A stretch of DNA of 64,000 nucleotides from an uncultured candidate division Zixibacteria bacterium. GTDB lineage: Bacteria > Zixibacteria > MSB-5A5 > GN15 > FEB-12. The notes beneath the pieces were generated by a model. That model was not told where the DNA came from. It saw nothing but the letters and a program-made list of their open reading frames with translations, and searched no databases. Where the stretch lies: the NCBI GenBank assembly GCA_963735035.1, contig CAVTJJ010000004.1, forward strand, positions 224,001-288,000, in the 5' to 3' direction. Both the position numbers and the translations under genes were made by a program. The stretch's first letter is position 1, and each line of letters starts with the position of its first letter. This document shows, piece by piece, positions 1 to 10,835 of this stretch.

Positions 1-51
1 GGTAATTTGATCCCAGTTCCCCGTACTGCGGGCAACTATAAATGCCTTCAT
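1..51 (-). CDS. Possible 5' end of a gene running off the window (MKAFIVARST...)
   Basis: ATG at 51 with GAGGA upstream and a sigma28-like promoter at 119-146. Too short to identify. Confidence 0.3.
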   Translation of the reverse strand, partial: MKAFIVARSTGNWDQIT

Positions 52-118
52 TTACATCCTCTGTGTCGATTCGTGGCGAAACTGCGGGCCGATGTATTTC
101 TACACGCCTCTCAGAATA

Positions 119-146
119 GTATCGGAAGTAGTGAAAACTTCCTTGA
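119..146 (-). promoter_or_regulatory. sigma28 (FliA)-like promoter
   Basis: Minus strand reads TCAAG-N15-TCCGATAC. Confidence 0.4.
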
Positions 147-299
147 GATCGACAGAGATGATTGATTTTCCAGGCGATGGAGAACGATTCTCGGAATTGT
201 CCAGATTGATCTGGTCAACGTTAAGTCGTTGACCGGCCTTCCATGGATCAACGCAGCTTAGAATCAGACGTGCCTCAGTAGTCTCATATTTACCAGCAT

Positions 300-1079
300 C
301 TATTGAGGTAGAGTCTCAGGAACAGTCTTCGCCCCAACGCGCTGGCGCGGGCGTTCAGTGAGCGCCCGGTGAAGTGTATACATCAGTTCCAGATTATGAA
401 AAGGCTTGGTGAAGTAGCCGTCGGCCCCCATCGCGAGAACCTCGGTGGGACCGAACCTGCCACAATGGCCGGTTATCATTATGACCGGAATGAGGGGGTA
501 GTGCTGCTTTATTTCCACCAGGAGATCAAGGCCGGTGAACCGGGGGAGCTTGATGTCGGTAATGACGGCATCAATCGCTTGCCGTTTCAGTACGAAGTTG
601 GCCTCTTCGGCGCTTTCTACAATGATGGGTCGGTATCTTTCGAGCAGGAGAAACTCCGCCAGGTGCAGTCGGGCATGCTCGTCGTCATCGACCACGAGAA
701 TGGTTGGGCGACCGGTTTCAATTGACTTCGTGACTTTGGCCTCAAGTGTTTCCTTGTCGGTAGGAAGCAGGAGAACATCGGAGACTTTCAGCCGGGTGTA
801 CCGGGCGATCATTTCACCGCTGAATTCCTTACCGCCGACTATAACCGGGACGCGGCTAAGGCGCGGGTCGCGCCGGAGCATCGTAAGGAATTTGATGCCG
901 GTCTCGGCATCAAAACTGGCGTCGAGAATCACGACCTCGATTTCCGGGTTGTGTTCGAGTTCCTTGCGACCCTTCATCCAGGAATTATGGTGAATTGTCT
1001 CGAGTCCGAACTGTCTGAGCCAGCCTATTGTCTTTCGCCAGTCTTCCTCTTGAGCCGCAATAATCAGGGCGATGTTCAT
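300..1079 (-). CDS. Response regulator with two receiver domains and no output domain
   Basis: Second REC domain is canonical (ILVVDDD, VITDIKLP, IMITG, FTKPF). First is degenerate (VVILD, lacks KP). Confidence 0.85.
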   Translation of the reverse strand: MNIALIIAAQEEDWRKTIGWLRQFGLETIHHNSWMKGRKELEHNPEIEVVILDASFDAETGIKFLTMLRRDPRLSRVPVIVGGKEFSGEMIARYTRLKVSDVLLLPTDKETLEAKVTKSIETGRPTILVVDDDEHARLHLAEFLLLERYRPIIVESAEEANFVLKRQAIDAVITDIKLPRFTGLDLLVEIKQHYPLIPVIMITGHCGRFGPTEVLAMGADGYFTKPFHNLELMYTLHRALTERPRQRVGAKTVPETLPQ

Positions 1080-1138
1080 GGCAATTCTCCCCCAAAACCG
1101 AAGAACGGTTCTCCAATTATATAAAGTCTATAATCGGG

Positions 1139-1166
1139 ATATCGGCGTTGATACAGGCTCCCTTTA
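1139..1166 (-). promoter_or_regulatory. sigma28 (FliA)-like promoter of the dual-REC gene
   Basis: Minus strand reads TAAA-N16-GCCGATAT, 60 bp upstream of the start. Confidence 0.55.
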
Positions 1167-1316
1167 GCACCCGATCTTCCGAATCAGCTTCTTGTCATGT
1201 CGAAGTATGTCCGGTCAAGCGACTCTGAGTCAAGAGGCCGAGAACTGTTCACGTCGTGCTCATTTCTTTCCGGAAACTGATTGCGCCCGGCTCGGCCAGG
1301 CGTATATTCCCCCGCT

Positions 1317-3499
1317 GTGACAAACCGACTACTCGATGATCTCAACGACTGCCAGCGCGAGGCGGTCACCACCACCGACGGCCCCCTGCTCGTTATCGCC
1401 GGGGCAGGCTCGGGAAAGACCCGTGTACTTACGCGCCGTCTCGCCTATATCCTCACCCAACGTCTGGCCGAACCTCATCAGATACTCGCCGTGACCTTTA
1501 CCAATAAGGCGGCGGGTGAAATGAAGGAACGCGTCGCCCAGCTCATGGGGGCGGGTATGGACCAGATGAACGTCTCGACGTTCCATTCGTTCTGCGTCCG
1601 CATCCTTCGTCGTGAGGCCGAACGAATCGGCTACAAGAGCAGCTTCACGATTTTCGATCAGGCAGACTCGCTGTCGCTACTCAAGAAGTGCCTCAAGGAA
1701 CTCGGCTTTTCGGAGACACAGTTCCCGGTCGAAGGGACAACTGCGGAAGATTTCCGACGCCAAGAACAAACTCACCAGCGCCGAGGAATACCTTCGCTCG
1801 GCGTCGGGATATTTCCAGACGCGAACGGCCGAGTTGTATTCGCTCTATCAGAGCCGTCTGCGTCAGTGCGAGGCGATGGATTTCGACGATCTCCTGTTCA
1901 ACGCGGTCTATCTCCTCCAAAGTGATCCGACCCTGGCCCGCCGCTATCAGGATCGATTCTTATATCTCATGGTGGACGAGTACCAGGATACGAATCATAT
2001 CCAGTACCTGCTGCTCAAGTATCTGCTGGCTGAGCATCAGAATATGTGTGTGGTCGGCGATGAGGATCAGTCGATCTACGGCTGGCGCGGCGCCGATATC
2101 CGCAACATTCTCGAATTCGAGCAGGATTTTCCCGGTGCGAAGATCATCAAACTGGAACAGAACTATCGCTCCACGCAGGTGATTCTCGATGCCGCATCGT
2201 CGGTCATCAAGAACAACGCCATGCGCAAGGGGAAGACGCTCTGGACATCCGACCAGGGGGGCGACAAGATAGAGTTGCTTCGGGTGGACAAAGCCGAAGA
2301 CGAAGCCGTGGCCGTGGTCGATCGTGTCCTTAACGGTCGCAAAGGGATCGACCTGAAAGATATGGTCGTGCTCTATCGGACCAACGCGCAATCGCGTCCG
2401 TTCGAAGAAGAACTCCGGCGGCGCAACGTGCCGTATCAGATCGTCGGCGGCATCTCGTTCTATCAGCGCAAGGAAATCAAGGACCTGGTCGCGTATCTGA
2501 AATTGATCGCGAATCCGTCCGATGATGTCGCCTTCGAGCGCATCATCAATTATCCCCGGCGTGGTATCGGCGACAAGTCGATCGAGCAAGTCGCGCAACT
2601 CGCCCGCACACGGGGCGTCAGTTCATACACCGCCGCGCGCGAGTATGCGACCGACCCGGAGTTGTCGTCGAAAGCGAACAAGCTGGGGCCGTTTGTTGAT
2701 TTGATCGAGAAATTCCGTGCCCGCAAAGACACTGACCCGATTGACGTGCTCACCCAGGACCTCGTGACCGATTTGAAACTGTTCGACGCTCTGTTGGCCG
2801 AGGATGAAGTGCTCGGGCAGGGCAAAGTGGAAAACGTCGAGGCGTTTCTCGAAGGCGCCGCCGGGTATGCCCGCTCCAACGGCGAGGCGCATCTGGATAA
2901 TTATCTCGCCGAGATTTCGCTCTATACCGATATCGACGCCTACAAAGAGATCGAAGACAAGCTCACGATGATGACGATTCACTCCGCCAAGGGGCTGGAG
3001 TATAGCAGCGTGTTCATGGTCGGACTGGAAGAAGGCCTGTTCCCGCTTCAGCGGACGGTCGCCGAGCCGGGGGAACTCGAAGAAGAACGACGGCTTTTCT
3101 ATGTCGGCGCGACCCGGGCGCGACGCCGGCTATATCTGTCGACCGCGATGAGCCGGTTTCGGTTTGGGGAAGTCATGTCGATCCCGTCGCGGTTCATTCA
3201 GGAGATACCCGAAGAGTTGGTCGAAGTGTATGACCTTCGTGCGTACCGCCCGAGCGCGGTGGTCAACGGCGCGGCCGCACGGCGGAACTGCATCAGCAGC
3301 GAATCCGGTCTGGTCTATGAGTATGAAGGCGACGAGATCATGCGGGAGGGGCGACTGGTGGAGCATCCGACTTTCGGTCGAGGGAAGATTCTTGAAGTCT
3401 GAAGGATTTGGCGATTCATTGCGACTGGAGATCATGTTCACCGGCCTGGGGATAAAGAAGATCATGGCGAAATACGCCCGACTGAAAGTGGTGGGGTAG
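1317..3499 (+). CDS. pcrA: ATP-dependent DNA helicase PcrA/UvrD (two apparent frameshifts, ~1735 and ~3393)
   Basis: AGAGSGKT, TFTNKAA, VDEYQD, GDEDQSIY, LEQNYRS, HSAKGLE, EEERRLFYV and a Tudor-like tail (HPTFGRG...GIKKIMAKYARL), spread over three frames. Confidence 0.93.
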
Positions 3500-3513
3500 A
3501 GCCGGAAAATCAC

Positions 3514-3624
3514 GTGCCCGGCAGATGCCCACATCTGCCGGTTTGGGTGGCCCACCCTATGGGTGGGAGAGACAATCCCCGTGCCTGTCATCGCGAGGCC
3601 GCCCCTGGCGGCCGTGGCGATCTC
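3514..3624. repeat. REP/BIME-like palindromic cluster
   Basis: GTGCCCGGCAGATGCCCACATCTGCCG hairpin followed by a GTCATCGCGAG...GTGGCGATCTC unit. Both recur elsewhere in the window. Confidence 0.8.
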
Positions 3625-3773
3625 AAACTGAAGTGGAATGTCGCAATTACTCGAGCGGGGGGTTCGACCTACGGAGACTTAAGGGAGAGCTTGCGGTGTG
3701 CACACTCTGGATTGTGATTGACAACAACACAGTCATTATCGTTACTTCTGATATCGCAATGCAGGGATTGTAA

Positions 3774-4478
3774 ATGCTTCTCATAGTCCAGATCATCCTA
3801 AATTTGTTAGCTACCTTCGTAGCGCTTGTGGCATACTATTTACTGTGGAAGAAGGACGAGAAGAAGCTACATGACTATAGATACTTGCTCTTGGTAGCTG
3901 CAATGATGAGTGTAGGTGGCGTCTGGGGTGGCTTCATTATTCAAGAAGTGAAGTCCGGAGAGGTGAAGGCACAAAACGCGCGTCTAACCACCGACATCAC
4001 TTTCCTGAAGGGACAAAGTGACCGATTGCAGGATAAGAACGACACGCTCATAGGAAAACAAAACAAGCTGATTGAGGACAACAAGAAGATCCTTGGCAAA
4101 TTGAATGCCTACGAGAGTCTCTTGGCTTCGAAGTGGCAAGCTCCAAAGTCGGAGACTGCGATGGAAGAATTCCGGGAAAGGCGCGCGACCTTCAGGGATT
4201 CAAGCACAGGTTTAGTGCATTCTAGATTCTGGTTTGGGGCGCGGAAGGCAATGCCTCTGAAGAACATCTCGATTCAGATGCTCTTTGACAAACCGATAGT
4301 GAGCATTTCACCCAAAATTGTCGGTGCAGTTGTGCTTGAGCAGGGGACATCTATCGCTTATCCCGACTCAACCAGATTCCTATACAAGACGGGATATCTC
4401 AGTGAGTCAAACGACATATGCATCGATGTAGCCAGCAAAGATGCAGTAATGGTGCTCGACCTACAACTTGTCCCATAA
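3774..4478 (+). CDS. Hypothetical membrane protein (two N-terminal TM helices, coiled coil, beta-rich C-terminus)
   Basis: 234-aa ORF with two hydrophobic segments and a heptad-like stretch. More AT-rich than its neighbours. Confidence 0.7.
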   Translation: MLLIVQIILNLLATFVALVAYYLLWKKDEKKLHDYRYLLLVAAMMSVGGVWGGFIIQEVKSGEVKAQNARLTTDITFLKGQSDRLQDKNDTLIGKQNKLIEDNKKILGKLNAYESLLASKWQAPKSETAMEEFRERRATFRDSSTGLVHSRFWFGARKAMPLKNISIQMLFDKPIVSISPKIVGAVVLEQGTSIAYPDSTRFLYKTGYLSESNDICIDVASKDAVMVLDLQLVP

Positions 4479-4515
4479 GTGTAGTTGAGGTGCCGTCGGT
4501 TGTGTATCCTTCGCC

Positions 4516-4562
4516 AGCAGATGTGGGCATCTGCCGGGCACGCTCTGGGGTGGGCCGCCCAC
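4516..4562. repeat. REP-like palindrome, inverted relative to the 3514 copy
   Basis: GCAGATGTGGGCATCTGCCGGGCAC. Confidence 0.8.
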
Positions 4563-4673
4563 ACGCGGCAGGGGTGGAACCCTGCCGATCACGTTCGTAG
4601 AACCACCCTGCATTCTTGTTGATCTCGCGGTTTCAACACCCGAACTTCCACACAGCGACAGGACGACGAAACC

Positions 4674-5567
4674 ATGGACAAAATCCTTCACTACGACATA
4701 GCAGAAAAACTGGGCGAAGGCCCCAACGGCCCCGCCTGGCTCGGTATCGATACCGGCTTCCAACGCGCGGTCGTAATTAAGCACCTCAACCGACGCTTCG
4801 TCACACAGGACGCCTGGCGTGCCTCATTCCTCGAACTCATGGAACGGTTCAATCGACTCGAGGATTTTCGCATCGCCCATTTCTATTCGCTCGAAAACGC
4901 CGAACATCAGCATTTCGTCGTGCGGGAATTCATCGACGGCAAAACAATCGCCGCGACAGTCAAAGACAAACCGGTCGAGTATCATCGCTGGGTTGAACTC
5001 GCGCTCGAATTGGCATCGGTTGTTAAGTTTGTTCACGACGCCGGTGTGATCCACGGCAACCTGACCGCCACCAATGTTCTGCTCGATCCCCGCGAGCGGG
5101 TGCGCTTGCTCGACGCTGGTCTCGCGGCGCCGCCCGATGAACAGGTCTCCTCAGATCAAATGGCTTTCATCGCGCCGGAACTCCGCGCCGGAGGCACCCC
5201 GACAGTCGAGACCGATCTGTACGCGGTCGGAGCGATTCTCTATCTGCTAATCACGGGGCAACTGCCGTCGGTTGCTGCTGATACGGGCTCATCGCCCGTA
5301 TCATTCGACCACTTATCTGAGCGACAGGTGCCGGGAATCGCGCGTCTGGTACTCGAACGGCTGCTGGCCGCCACCCCGAGTGATAGGTTCGGTTCGGCCG
5401 ACGAGTTGATTGTCACGCTACAGACGATGCTTTCACTTGGGACTGATCCGGGGGTGGAGTTCGCCCCGAAGAAGCGCCGCTTGAGTTCACGCCAGTACAT
5501 GGGCATTTCCGTGCTGGTGCTGCTCTTGATAATTCTCTGGTTGGTGATCACCTCGAATCCAAGGTAG
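4674..5567 (+). CDS. Hanks-type Ser/Thr kinase-fold protein with C-terminal TM anchor (probable pseudokinase)
   Basis: LGEG loop, VVIK, IHGNLTATNVLL, LLDAGLA, FIAPE, DLYAVG, hydrophobic C-terminus. Confidence 0.85.
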   Translation: MDKILHYDIAEKLGEGPNGPAWLGIDTGFQRAVVIKHLNRRFVTQDAWRASFLELMERFNRLEDFRIAHFYSLENAEHQHFVVREFIDGKTIAATVKDKPVEYHRWVELALELASVVKFVHDAGVIHGNLTATNVLLDPRERVRLLDAGLAAPPDEQVSSDQMAFIAPELRAGGTPTVETDLYAVGAILYLLITGQLPSVAADTGSSPVSFDHLSERQVPGIARLVLERLLAATPSDRFGSADELIVTLQTMLSLGTDPGVEFAPKKRRLSSRQYMGISVLVLLLIILWLVITSNPR

Positions 5568-5574
5568 GGGGAAA

Positions 5575-5718
5575 GTCATACCCGCGGAGGCGGGTACCCA
5601 GACAAGACCGCTATTCACCAGACTCGGTGCAGCGCGTGCGCTCGAATGGGGACTCATTCTGAAAATTGGCTATGGTGGCCTTACACCTTGACTGGGTTCC
5701 TGCCTTCGCAGGAATGAC
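5575..5718. repeat. Inverted pair of REP-like repeats (GTCAT-CCCGCG-AGGCGGG type)
   Basis: GTCATACCCGCGGAGGCGGGTACCCAG ... CTGGGTTCCTGCCTTCGCAGGAATGAC. Confidence 0.7.
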
Positions 5719-5934
5719 AAGCCTTTGGCTCGTTCCGCTCATTGGGGCCGAGACGCCCGACACCACGTCCCGTCGGTGCCACGCCCGGCCGCCCCCCTGC
5801 CAACCGTCGCGCCAATAACGGCTTACAAAAACCCAAAAAGTCCTTTGTGACCGCCCTTTCCCGACGTTATACTAAGAGGTTTGGCTCGGTTACCCGTCGT
5901 GAGCGGGCGACCGGCCATTGTGGGTTGAACAAGC

Positions 5935-8334
5935 ATGAAAGTAAATTACAACTCTGAAGAAATCGACATTCGCCCCCGGCTGGCCGTAATCCCTCTCCGT
6001 GACGTGGTCGTGTTTCCACACATGATCTACCCGCTCCTGGTGGGACGCAGTTTCACGGTCAAGGCGTTGCAGGAGGCGATGGTGCAGGACAAACAGGTCC
6101 TGTTGGTCGCCCAGAAATCGGCCGCCACCGACACGCCCAAGCAGGAAGACCTGTACTCGGTCGGCGTCGTGGCCCGCATCCTGCAAGTAATGAAGATGCC
6201 CAACGGCACTCTCAAGGTGCTGGTCGAAGGAATGCTCCGCGCCAAGGTGCGGTCGCTCACTTCCGAGGGTGAGTTCATCACCGGACAGATGGAAGTACTT
6301 CGTCGTCACGACGAGAAATACGACCGCGAGACCGAGGCGCTTTCGCGCGCTGTCTCCGAGCAGTTCACCGAATATGTCCGCCTCAATCGCCGCATCCCCG
6401 ACGAAGTCCTCGTGGCGGTGGCGTCGATCGATAACTACGACCTTCAGGCCGACACGATCTCGGCCCATATGCTGCACAAGATCGAGACGAAGCAGCGGCT
6501 GCTCGAAACCGAATCGGTCAAAGAGCAGTTTCTGATTCTCTCCGAAGTTCTTCGCGAAGAACTCGAGATTCTCAAGATCGAACACAAGATCGACGGCTCG
6601 ATACGCGAGTCGATGTCACGCAACCAGCGCGAAGTCTACCTGCAGCAGCAGTTGAAAGCGATCAAGGACGAACTCGGTCAGTCGGAAGACGCCGGCGCCG
6701 ATGTCGACGATCTCTACGGCAAGCTCGATTCGGGCGAGTATCCCGAACATGTTCTGGCCAAGGCGGAAGAAGAGATCCGCAAGCTTTCCAAGATGCACCC
6801 CTACTCGGCCGAAGCCGGGGTCGTGCGCTCGTATGTCGAATGGTTGTTCGCGCTGCCGTGGAGCGTGCGTACCACCGACCGCACCGATTTCAACGAAGTT
6901 AAGACAATTCTCGACGGCGACCATTACGGGCTCGAAAAACCGAAACAACGTATTCTCGAACATCTGGCCGTGATCCGGCTGGCGTCGAAAGTCAAAGGCC
7001 CGATTCTCTGTCTGGTCGGTCCCCCCGGAGTAGGGAAGACCTCGGTCGGTCGCTCAATCGCCCGCGCCATGTCGCGCAAGTTCGTGCGGATGTCGCTCGG
7101 TGGCATTCATGACGAAGCGGAAATCCGCGGCCATCGACGGACTTATATCGGCGCGCTCCCCGGACGAATCATTCAGTCGCTGAAGAAGGCCGATTCGACC
7201 AATCCGGTGTTCCTGCTCGACGAAGTCGACAAGATCGGCAAAGATTTTCGCGGTGATCCGGCGGCGGCGCTTCTGGAAGTGCTCGATCCAGAACAGAACA
7301 ACACTTTTTGGGATAACTATCTGGAAGTCGAATACGACTTGTCCGACGTGTTGTTCGTCACCACCGCCAACTCGATCACCGGCATTCCCGAACCGTTACG
7401 CGACCGGATGGAAATCATCCGGCTCCCCGGGTATCTCGATTTCGAGAAAGCGGCCATCGCCCGAGATTATCTGCTGCCCAAGTTGATCAAAGAAACCGGT
7501 CTGGACAAGATTCAGATCACGACCGAAGACGAGGCGATCTACGAAACGATCCGTTATTACACGCGTGAGGCCGGTGTGCGCGAACTAGATCGTCAGCTCG
7601 GTTCGCTCTTGCGCAAGGTCGCACTGGGTATGGCTGAAGGAAAGCGGATGCGCAAGCTGGTGATAAATACAGCCCGCGTTCACAAAGCGCTCGGCCAGCG
7701 GAAATATATCGATACGAATCTGAAGACCCATCCTACGGTCGGCTATGCGGTCGCACTGGCCTGGACCGAGGCGGGCGGCGAGGTCATGCCGGTCGAAGTT
7801 GTCCCGATGCAGGGGAAGGCCAAGCTGACGCTCACCGGTTCGCTGGGCGAAGTGATGCAGGAATCGGCGACCGCGGCGCTGTCATACATCCGCAATCGGG
7901 CCACCCAGTTTGGGCTCGATGCCGGGTTCTTCGAGAAAATAGAGCTGCATATTCATATCCCCGAAGGAGCCGTTCCGAAAGATGGTCCTTCGGCCGGTGT
8001 TCCGCTCACGGTCGCGATACTCTCGGCGCTTACCGGAATACCGGCGCGTGTCGATCTCGCTATGACCGGCGAAATCACGCTTAGCGGAGACATTCTGCCT
8101 ATAGGCGGGCTCAACGAAAAATTACTGGCGGCGAAACGCCACGGTATCAACCGGGTATTGCTGCCGACGCGCAATCGCAAGGATATCGCCGAGTTGCCGC
8201 AGGAACTCCTGGCGGGACTCGATCTGCACTATGTGCATACGATTGACGAAGTGCTGAAAGAAGCACTGACTAAAATGCCGGTCGCAGGGCCGCGGGCGAC
8301 TCTTAGTCGCCGACCCTCGGCCAGAGTTAGCTAA
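5935..8334 (+). CDS. lon: ATP-dependent protease La
   Basis: N-domain PLRDVVVFP, Walker A GPPGVGKT, LLDEVDK, catalytic KDGPSAG and GGLNEKLLAA. Confidence 0.98.
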   Translation: MKVNYNSEEIDIRPRLAVIPLRDVVVFPHMIYPLLVGRSFTVKALQEAMVQDKQVLLVAQKSAATDTPKQEDLYSVGVVARILQVMKMPNGTLKVLVEGMLRAKVRSLTSEGEFITGQMEVLRRHDEKYDRETEALSRAVSEQFTEYVRLNRRIPDEVLVAVASIDNYDLQADTISAHMLHKIETKQRLLETESVKEQFLILSEVLREELEILKIEHKIDGSIRESMSRNQREVYLQQQLKAIKDELGQSEDAGADVDDLYGKLDSGEYPEHVLAKAEEEIRKLSKMHPYSAEAGVVRSYVEWLFALPWSVRTTDRTDFNEVKTILDGDHYGLEKPKQRILEHLAVIRLASKVKGPILCLVGPPGVGKTSVGRSIARAMSRKFVRMSLGGIHDEAEIRGHRRTYIGALPGRIIQSLKKADSTNPVFLLDEVDKIGKDFRGDPAAALLEVLDPEQNNTFWDNYLEVEYDLSDVLFVTTANSITGIPEPLRDRMEIIRLPGYLDFEKAAIARDYLLPKLIKETGLDKIQITTEDEAIYETIRYYTREAGVRELDRQLGSLLRKVALGMAEGKRMRKLVINTARVHKALGQRKYIDTNLKTHPTVGYAVALAWTEAGGEVMPVEVVPMQGKAKLTLTGSLGEVMQESATAALSYIRNRATQFGLDAGFFEKIELHIHIPEGAVPKDGPSAGVPLTVAILSALTGIPARVDLAMTGEITLSGDILPIGGLNEKLLAAKRHGINRVLLPTRNRKDIAELPQELLAGLDLHYVHTIDEVLKEALTKMPVAGPRATLSRRPSARVS

Positions 8335-8387
8335 GCCGGTGAGGAGAGACGGGCACGCCGTCTCCAACTCACAGCATTGTCGGAGAA

Positions 8388-9009
8388 TTGAGTCATCGTT
8401 TCCAAGAAGACGGAAGCCACGTTTGTCGGTTCATTCTTTGCGTTGGATCAACTCCCCCGTGACAGACTCCCGCAGGTTGCCGTGGCGGGACGATCAAACG
8501 TCGGGAAATCTTCGCTCTTGAACCAAATTGTCGGCCAGAGGAAACTGGCCAAGGTGTCGTCTACACCGGGACGGACACGATCTCTCAATTACTTCAAGAT
8601 CGACGATCGGTTCTATCTGGTCGATTTGCCCGGCTACGGTTACGCCAAGGTTAGCAAGGTCCTTCGCGAACAATGGGGCCAGTTGATCGAAGATTATCTG
8701 ACGCAGTGCGAAGATTTGATAGGCATGGTCCTGCTGCTCGATGTCCGTCGCGACCCCACGGCCCAGGACATGGAATTGATCGCCTGGCTTAGCGAGCGAC
8801 AACTGCCCGTGCTGATTGCGGTGACCAAGGCGGACAAATTGACCCGCGACGCTCAGCGAAAGAAAGTGCAGCAGACGGAAGACGAGCTCGGCGCGTCGGC
8901 GCTGGCTTTCTCCGCCGTCACCGGGGCCGGGAAGAACGAATTAATGGCGGCGGTCCGCCAGTTGGTAAACGATCATAACCTGCAGAAGAAGGTCAGGTCT
9001 GATGAATAA
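8388..9009 (+). CDS. engB: Ribosome biogenesis GTPase EngB/YihA/YsxC (start probably TTG 8388 with a frameshift at ~8399; open frame 8392-9009)
   Basis: GRSNVGKSS, PGRT, DLPGYG, TKADK. Homology continues upstream of 8443 (KKTEATFVGS). lon-engB synteny is common. Confidence 0.92.
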
Positions 9010-10276
9010 GAACAGAGCCGTTCTGGGTTGCCAGTGGGGCGACGAAGGCAAAGGCAAGATTGTCGATTTGCTGGCCGCCGATGCCGATATCATCGCCCGC
9101 TTCCAGGGTGGCGCCAACGCCGGACACACTATCGTGGTGAGCGGCTGTAAATATGTCCTGCATCTCATTCCCTCCGGAATCATTCAACCGGGCAAACGCT
9201 GCTATATCGGCAACGGGGTGGTGCTCGATCCGTTTAGTTTCGAAGAAGAATTGCGTTTCATCGAAGGTCAGGGAATCGATCCGACCGGGCGTCTGTTTGT
9301 CTCGGCAGCCGCCAACCTGGTGCTGCCGTATCATAAGCTGATTGACGCGGTCGAAGAACGTACCCGCGGCACCGGTTCAATCGGAACTACTCAGCGCGGT
9401 ATCGGGCCGGCCTATGTCGACAAAGTCGCCCGCCAGGGTATCCGGGTGGTCGATCTGTTCGCCCCGGAACGACTGCGCAAGCGTCTCGACTACCAGCGTA
9501 TCATCAAGGCGCGGTACCTTGAAGGATCCGACGACGAGCGCGCCGATCTGGATCGCACCTATGAGCGGTTGCTCGAATTCGCGAATCTGATCAAGCCGAT
9601 GGTCACCGACGTATCCCTGGCATTGGCCAAGGCCCACAAGGAAGGGAAGACTATTCTCTTCGAAGGCGCCCAGGGCTCGATGCTCGATGTCGACCTCGGG
9701 ACCTATCCGTTCGCGACATCCTCCAACACGACCGTTGGCGGCGTCCTGACCGGACTTGGAGTAGGGCCGAAAATGATCGACGAAGTGGTAGGCGTGGTCA
9801 AGGCGTACACCACCCGGGTGGGGGCAGGTCCGTTCCCGACCGAGCTGGTCGATGCCACGGGCGAGAAGCTTAGAACCCTCGGCGACGAATACGGTGCCAC
9901 CACCGGTCGGCCACGGCGTTGTGGCTGGCTCGACCTGGTGGCGCTGCGCCATGCCACTCGGATCAATGGGGTCGATTCGATTGCAGTGACCAAGTTGGAC
10001 GTCCTTGACGAAATGGACGAAATCAAGGTCTGTACGCATTATGAGTGGGGCACCGAGACAATTGACCAGGTTCCCCTGGATCTTGCCGAGCTGGCGCATG
10101 TAAAACCGGTGTATAAGACACTGCCGGGCTGGAAGGCCGATACGACCGGAATGACCTTACTCGAACAACTCCCGCTGAACGCCCGCAAGTATTTGAATTT
10201 TGTTGCCGAAGACCTCGGCGTGAGCATTTGTGTGGTTTCGACCGGAGCCGGTCGTGAGCAGACCATACTGGTATGA
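9002..10276 (+). CDS. purA: Adenylosuccinate synthetase
   Basis: QWGDEGKGK, GGANAGHT, GIGPAY, EGAQG, TTGRPRRCGW, TKLDVL. Confidence 0.98.
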   Translation: MNKNRAVLGCQWGDEGKGKIVDLLAADADIIARFQGGANAGHTIVVSGCKYVLHLIPSGIIQPGKRCYIGNGVVLDPFSFEEELRFIEGQGIDPTGRLFVSAAANLVLPYHKLIDAVEERTRGTGSIGTTQRGIGPAYVDKVARQGIRVVDLFAPERLRKRLDYQRIIKARYLEGSDDERADLDRTYERLLEFANLIKPMVTDVSLALAKAHKEGKTILFEGAQGSMLDVDLGTYPFATSSNTTVGGVLTGLGVGPKMIDEVVGVVKAYTTRVGAGPFPTELVDATGEKLRTLGDEYGATTGRPRRCGWLDLVALRHATRINGVDSIAVTKLDVLDEMDEIKVCTHYEWGTETIDQVPLDLAELAHVKPVYKTLPGWKADTTGMTLLEQLPLNARKYLNFVAEDLGVSICVVSTGAGREQTILV

Positions 10277-10328
10277 AGAACGAAGAATGACAAAGCTGTT
10301 TTAGAACGACGTTATAGGAGAACTCACC

Positions 10329-10826
10329 ATGAAGAAGATCATTGTTCTGACCCTGGCGATGGCGCTGATAGCCTCAGTCAGTGGTCAATCCCAGACTCCC
10401 GCCCCCAAAGCCGACAGCGCCGCAGCCAAGCCGAAGACCGAGAAAGCAGAGAAAGCGGTCGAACCGGAGATGCTTTCCAAAGCTTCCGGAGTGCGCTACC
10501 AGGAACTGGTAGTAGGTAAAGGCGTCGAAGCCGCTCTTGGGTCGCAGGTGCAGTGTCATTACACGCTCTGGCTGGGCGACAGCACCGGTCTGAAGAAGGG
10601 CCAGATGCTTCAAAGTTCCAAGACTAACAACCAGCCCATGACCTGCACGCTGGGTCAGGGTCTGATCAACGGCTGGTCCGATGGTATGGTCGGCATGAAA
10701 GAAGGCGGTACCCGTCGCCTTTATATTCCGTGGGCCCAAGGCTACGGCGCGCAGGGTCGCCCACCGATGATCCCCGGCAAGAGCAACCTGATCTTTGAGA
10801 TAGAGTACTTAAAGGCCGTGAAATAA
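10329..10826 (+). CDS. Secreted FKBP-type peptidyl-prolyl isomerase 1
   Basis: Signal peptide; SGVRYQELVVG, HYT, LINGWSDGMVGMKEGGTRRLYIP, GYG, LIFEIE. Confidence 0.9.
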   Translation: MKKIIVLTLAMALIASVSGQSQTPAPKADSAAAKPKTEKAEKAVEPEMLSKASGVRYQELVVGKGVEAALGSQVQCHYTLWLGDSTGLKKGQMLQSSKTNNQPMTCTLGQGLINGWSDGMVGMKEGGTRRLYIPWAQGYGAQGRPPMIPGKSNLIFEIEYLKAVK

Positions 10827-10835
10827 GGAGCCGCG

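Noticed and set aside
1317..3499. pcrA pseudogene or programmed frameshift
   Set aside because: Motifs are intact and the same extra-base pattern recurs across unrelated genes, so sequencing error is more likely.
5890..10099. Long antisense ORFs (e.g. 5890-6585, 9377-10099; also 24752-25591 and 52632-53549)
   Set aside because: They are shadow frames of well-supported genes in high-GC DNA, with no recognisable motifs.
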